A program made the translations under genes and the position numbers. Under the pieces are notes generated by a model. The model made no database searches and had not been told where the DNA came from. It saw only the letters and a program-made list of their open reading frames with translations. From the NCBI GenBank assembly GCA_946409475.1, contig CAMJWQ010000001.1:1-37264 (forward strand): DNA of 37,264 bases, written 5' to 3'. Origin of the DNA: an uncultured Lachnospiraceae bacterium. GTDB lineage: Bacteria > Bacillota > Clostridia > Lachnospirales > Lachnospiraceae. Positions 34,587 through 37,264 of this stretch are shown piece after piece; position 1 is the first letter of the stretch, and the number at the start of each line of letters is the position of its first letter.

Positions 34587-37264
34587 ATGGTGAAGGAATT
34601 AAAAAAGACACTGATTATTTTATTGGCTTTTGTTATAACTATTAATACAAGTGCTATAACAAGTTTAGCTCAAACAGTAACTTCGACAAGTAATATTGAT
34701 AATACTAAAACTTTATTAAGTGAAAAAATAGCAAAAGAAGAAGATAATACAAGTCATGAAAGTAATGGAACTGTCGAAGACTCAGTAAATGAAGAAGTAC
34801 CAAAAGATGAGGAAATGCCGGAAACCGAAGAATCGCTAAAAAGTGAAGAAGGTCCCGTTAGCGAAGAGATACCGTTAAATAAAGAGACTCCAACAGGCGA
34901 AAATACAGATATTAAAGATGGGAATAATCAAGAAAATGTTGTTTCGGATGCAGATTCTAAATCGATTGAAGTGGATGCTGAAGAAGAAACTACAGTTACT
35001 AGTGGAAAAGCAGGAGAAAATATAACCTGGACTGTAGAAAACGGAGTATTGATACTTGCTGGTACGGGTGATATGTATGGATACATGTCCCCACGTTGGA
35101 ATTCAAATCAATTTACCTCAGTAATAATAGGTTATGGAATAACCAGTATAGGAGATTTTGCATTTAATGATTCTGTTAATTTAGTAAGTGTACAGCTTCC
35201 TGATAGCATTATTAAAATTGGAAGGGATGCATTTTTTGATTGTGAATCATTGACCAGTATAACACTTCCCGCTGGAGTGACAGATATTGGTTCTTATGCG
35301 TTTTGGGGCTGTAAATCTTTAACGGAATTGGTATTGCCAAATTTAATAACAAGTATCGGTAGTGGCACGTTTTCTGAATGTATAAATTTAACCAGAGTAG
35401 AGATTCCAGATGGAGTCACAAGTATAGGCACTAATGCTTTTTTTAATTGTGTCTCATTAACAAGCGTAATATTACCAGATCAGTTAACTAGTATTGATAA
35501 CTTTGCTTTTGAGTTTTGTGATAGCTTAATAAATATAAATATACCGAATGGAGTTACAAGTATAGGGGATAGTGTTTTTACTGGATGCACATCATTGACA
35601 GAAATAACATTACCAGACAGTGTGGAAACTATTGGAAACCATTCCTTTTGGAAATGTACATCTTTAACAGAAATAACATTACCAAACAAACTGACAAATA
35701 TTAGTAGAAATTTATTTTATGAGTGTAAATCACTAACAAGGGTAACACTACCAGATGGATTGAAAAGTATCGATGATTACGCATTTTCATATTGTAGAAG
35801 TTTAACAAATATAGAGATGCCCGACGGAGTCACGAGTATAGGCAAATCAGCTTTTACTTTTTGTGACTCATTAACAGGAGTAACATTATCGGATGGATTG
35901 ACAAGTATCGGGGATGATGCATTTTCATTATGTAGCAATCTAACAAATATAGAGATACCAGATGGAGTGACAAAAATAGGTAGTAATGCGTTTTCTGGAT
36001 GTTATTTATTAGCAGCAATTAAACTACCGGACAGTTTGACAAGTATAGAAGACTATACATTTTGGAATTGTTTTAATTTAACACATATTAAGTTGGGATC
36101 TAACGTAACTACGATAGGAGAAGCCGCATTTTTATGCTGTGAAGATTTAGTGAGTATTGAAGTTCCTTCTAGTGTCAATAAAATTGAAGATCAAGTATTT
36201 GGAAGATGTGAAAATTTAACTAACATCATAATATACCCTAGTGTAACAAGTATAGAAAAGAATACATTCTATGATCATGATTTTAATAAATTAACCATTT
36301 ATTGTGTGGAAAATTCGTATGCACAGCAGTATGCCATTGACCATAATATAAAATACAAGCTGTTAATGGAAAGTGACTTAAAGAAATTTTGTACCGTATA
36401 CGATGAGAAAATAATCAGTAGCTTCAATCAAGAGATACCCATAGAAAACGTCAATTTAGGAAGTCAAGAAATCGATGGACCAAGTGTCACGATATTGGGA
36501 AAAACATTCGAATTTTTTTCTTATGATTCAACAGTAACAATAGACTTAAGTAAATATAATATCTGTACAGAAATAAATCCACAGGATAAAACAGTTGAAG
36601 TCACGATTGGGTTTGCAAAGGGTGATGACATTGAATTTTCAGATGATGCAAACTCCAATGCATACTGGGAAGAAACATATGGCAAAGTGAAATCCTTGTA
36701 TAAGAAAGTGACAGGTGGGGCAAGCACCAGTCAACTTTATAATGATTTTCGTTCTCTTAAGAGTTGCCTTCGTACCCACCATATGTCAATGGGTGTTGAG
36801 GGAGAAGCAAGTATAGCCGGATACATGGAATTTAGCTATGCTACCGGTGAGCCGGTATATAAAGAAGGAGGAATTATTTTAGGACTTGATGGAGGATTAT
36901 CCGCTACATATCCATTTCCAGCATTTCCAGCCGCCTATTTAGGAATTGGCATAGAAGGAGGCTTTAACGGTAATCTTCAATTGGTACCTAACCCGGGGCA
37001 GAATGGTGGTGTCAGACTCAATGGATTATTCGATTTTTGCTTAGGGGCCAATGCTGGTTTAGGTCTTGGTATAAAATCAATAGGAGATACCTATATTGAA
37101 GGGGGTTTTAGTGGAGAACTTGATAATCAACTAGAAGTACCTGCAACTGATTTTGCGAATTCATTACATGTGGATTTTTCTGGTGGTTTATATTTTAAAG
37201 CGCAGGTTCTTAATTTTACTTTAGCAGAATATAATAAGAACTTAATAAATTACCAGTTATGGCC
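34587..37264 (+). CDS. secreted BspA-type leucine-rich-repeat (LRR_5) surface protein with acidic linker and an unidentified Gly-rich C-terminal domain (partial; continues beyond window end)
   Basis: This gene is not in the ORF track because it has no stop inside the window. Manual translation from the ATG at 34587 (GAGGG upstream) is open to the window end. The signal peptide is MVKELKKTLIILLAFVITINTSAITSLAQT, followed by a Glu-rich linker and then 16 units of the 23-aa repeat. Confidence 0.85.
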   Translation, partial: MVKELKKTLIILLAFVITINTSAITSLAQTVTSTSNIDNTKTLLSEKIAKEEDNTSHESNGTVEDSVNEEVPKDEEMPETEESLKSEEGPVSEEIPLNKETPTGENTDIKDGNNQENVVSDADSKSIEVDAEEETTVTSGKAGENITWTVENGVLILAGTGDMYGYMSPRWNSNQFTSVIIGYGITSIGDFAFNDSVNLVSVQLPDSIIKIGRDAFFDCESLTSITLPAGVTDIGSYAFWGCKSLTELVLPNLITSIGSGTFSECINLTRVEIPDGVTSIGTNAFFNCVSLTSVILPDQLTSIDNFAFEFCDSLININIPNGVTSIGDSVFTGCTSLTEITLPDSVETIGNHSFWKCTSLTEITLPNKLTNISRNLFYECKSLTRVTLPDGLKSIDDYAFSYCRSLTNIEMPDGVTSIGKSAFTFCDSLTGVTLSDGLTSIGDDAFSLCSNLTNIEIPDGVTKIGSNAFSGCYLLAAIKLPDSLTSIEDYTFWNCFNLTHIKLGSNVTTIGEAAFLCCEDLVSIEVPSSVNKIEDQVFGRCENLTNIIIYPSVTSIEKNTFYDHDFNKLTIYCVENSYAQQYAIDHNIKYKLLMESDLKKFCTVYDEKIISSFNQEIPIENVNLGSQEIDGPSVTILGKTFEFFSYDSTVTIDLSKYNICTEINPQDKTVEVTIGFAKGDDIEFSDDANSNAYWEETYGKVKSLYKKVTGGASTSQLYNDFRSLKSCLRTHHMSMGVEGEASIAGYMEFSYATGEPVYKEGGIILGLDGGLSATYPFPAFPAAYLGIGIEGGFNGNLQLVPNPGQNGGVRLNGLFDFCLGANAGLGLGIKSIGDTYIEGGFSGELDNQLEVPATDFANSLHVDFSGGLYFKAQVLNFTLAEYNKNLINYQLW
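35139..36242 (+). repeat. 16 tandem 69-bp (23-aa) LRR_5 coding repeats
   Basis: The units follow the pattern (V/L)TSIGxxAFxxCxSLTxIxLPDG, for example VTSIGDSVFTGCTSLTEITLPDS and VETIGNHSFWKCTSLTEITLPNK. 16 x 69 nt fits the coordinates exactly. Confidence 0.85.

Noticed and set aside
35480-36727. Minus-strand ORFs 35480-35689 and 36521-36727.
   Set aside because: They are antisense to the long open LRR reading frame and are generated by its repeat structure.

Overview
The window looks like a chromosomal segment of a Clostridia-type Firmicute. Supporting signs are AGGAGG ribosome-binding sites, a T-box leader, a GEMM-I riboswitch, and ECF sigma genes paired with membrane anti-sigma-like genes.

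Gene order, left to right:
1. A minus-strand gene running off the left edge. It encodes a choice-of-anchor-A-like protein with a Cys/Pro-rich repeat tail and is absent from the ORF track.
2. A 440-bp divergent intergenic region with a dense direct-repeat array.
3. A soluble protein with an MCP signalling tip followed by a Cache-like domain.
4. An XRE HTH protein with a pentad glycine-repeat membrane region.
5. A T-box-controlled ilvB-ilvN pair, followed directly by an ECF sigma/anti-sigma pair.
6. A convergent canonical dCache-HAMP MCP.
7. A promoter plus c-di-GMP-I riboswitch with no downstream gene.
8. A module of peptidase C26, XRE-cupin regulator, five-gene Dpp/Opp-type ABC importer, M19 dipeptidase and nitroreductase. 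It is bracketed by a 40-bp inverted repeat with 37/40 matching positions.
9. A second ECF sigma/anti-sigma pair and a decayed ubiX-like stub.
10. A 10.8-kb operon: DeoR regulator, BtpA/SgcQ, creatininase-fold enzyme, BMP-family ABC importer, IU-type nucleoside hydrolase, M42 peptidase and FGGY kinase. The M42 gene is interrupted by an in-frame TAG.
11. A roughly 400-bp hairpin-rich non-coding block.
12. A visibly AT-richer gene with a perfect consensus promoter. It encodes a secreted BspA-type LRR protein that runs off the right edge and is also absent from the ORF track.

I found no rRNA, tRNA, CRISPR array, transposase, integrase or recognisable defence system.

The best candidates for undescribed biology are the sgc-like decorated-nucleoside operon, the orphan c-di-GMP riboswitch, the 40-bp inverted-repeat pair, the leader repeat array and the non-coding block next to the LRR island. 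All functional calls rest on motif recognition by eye. No searches were run.
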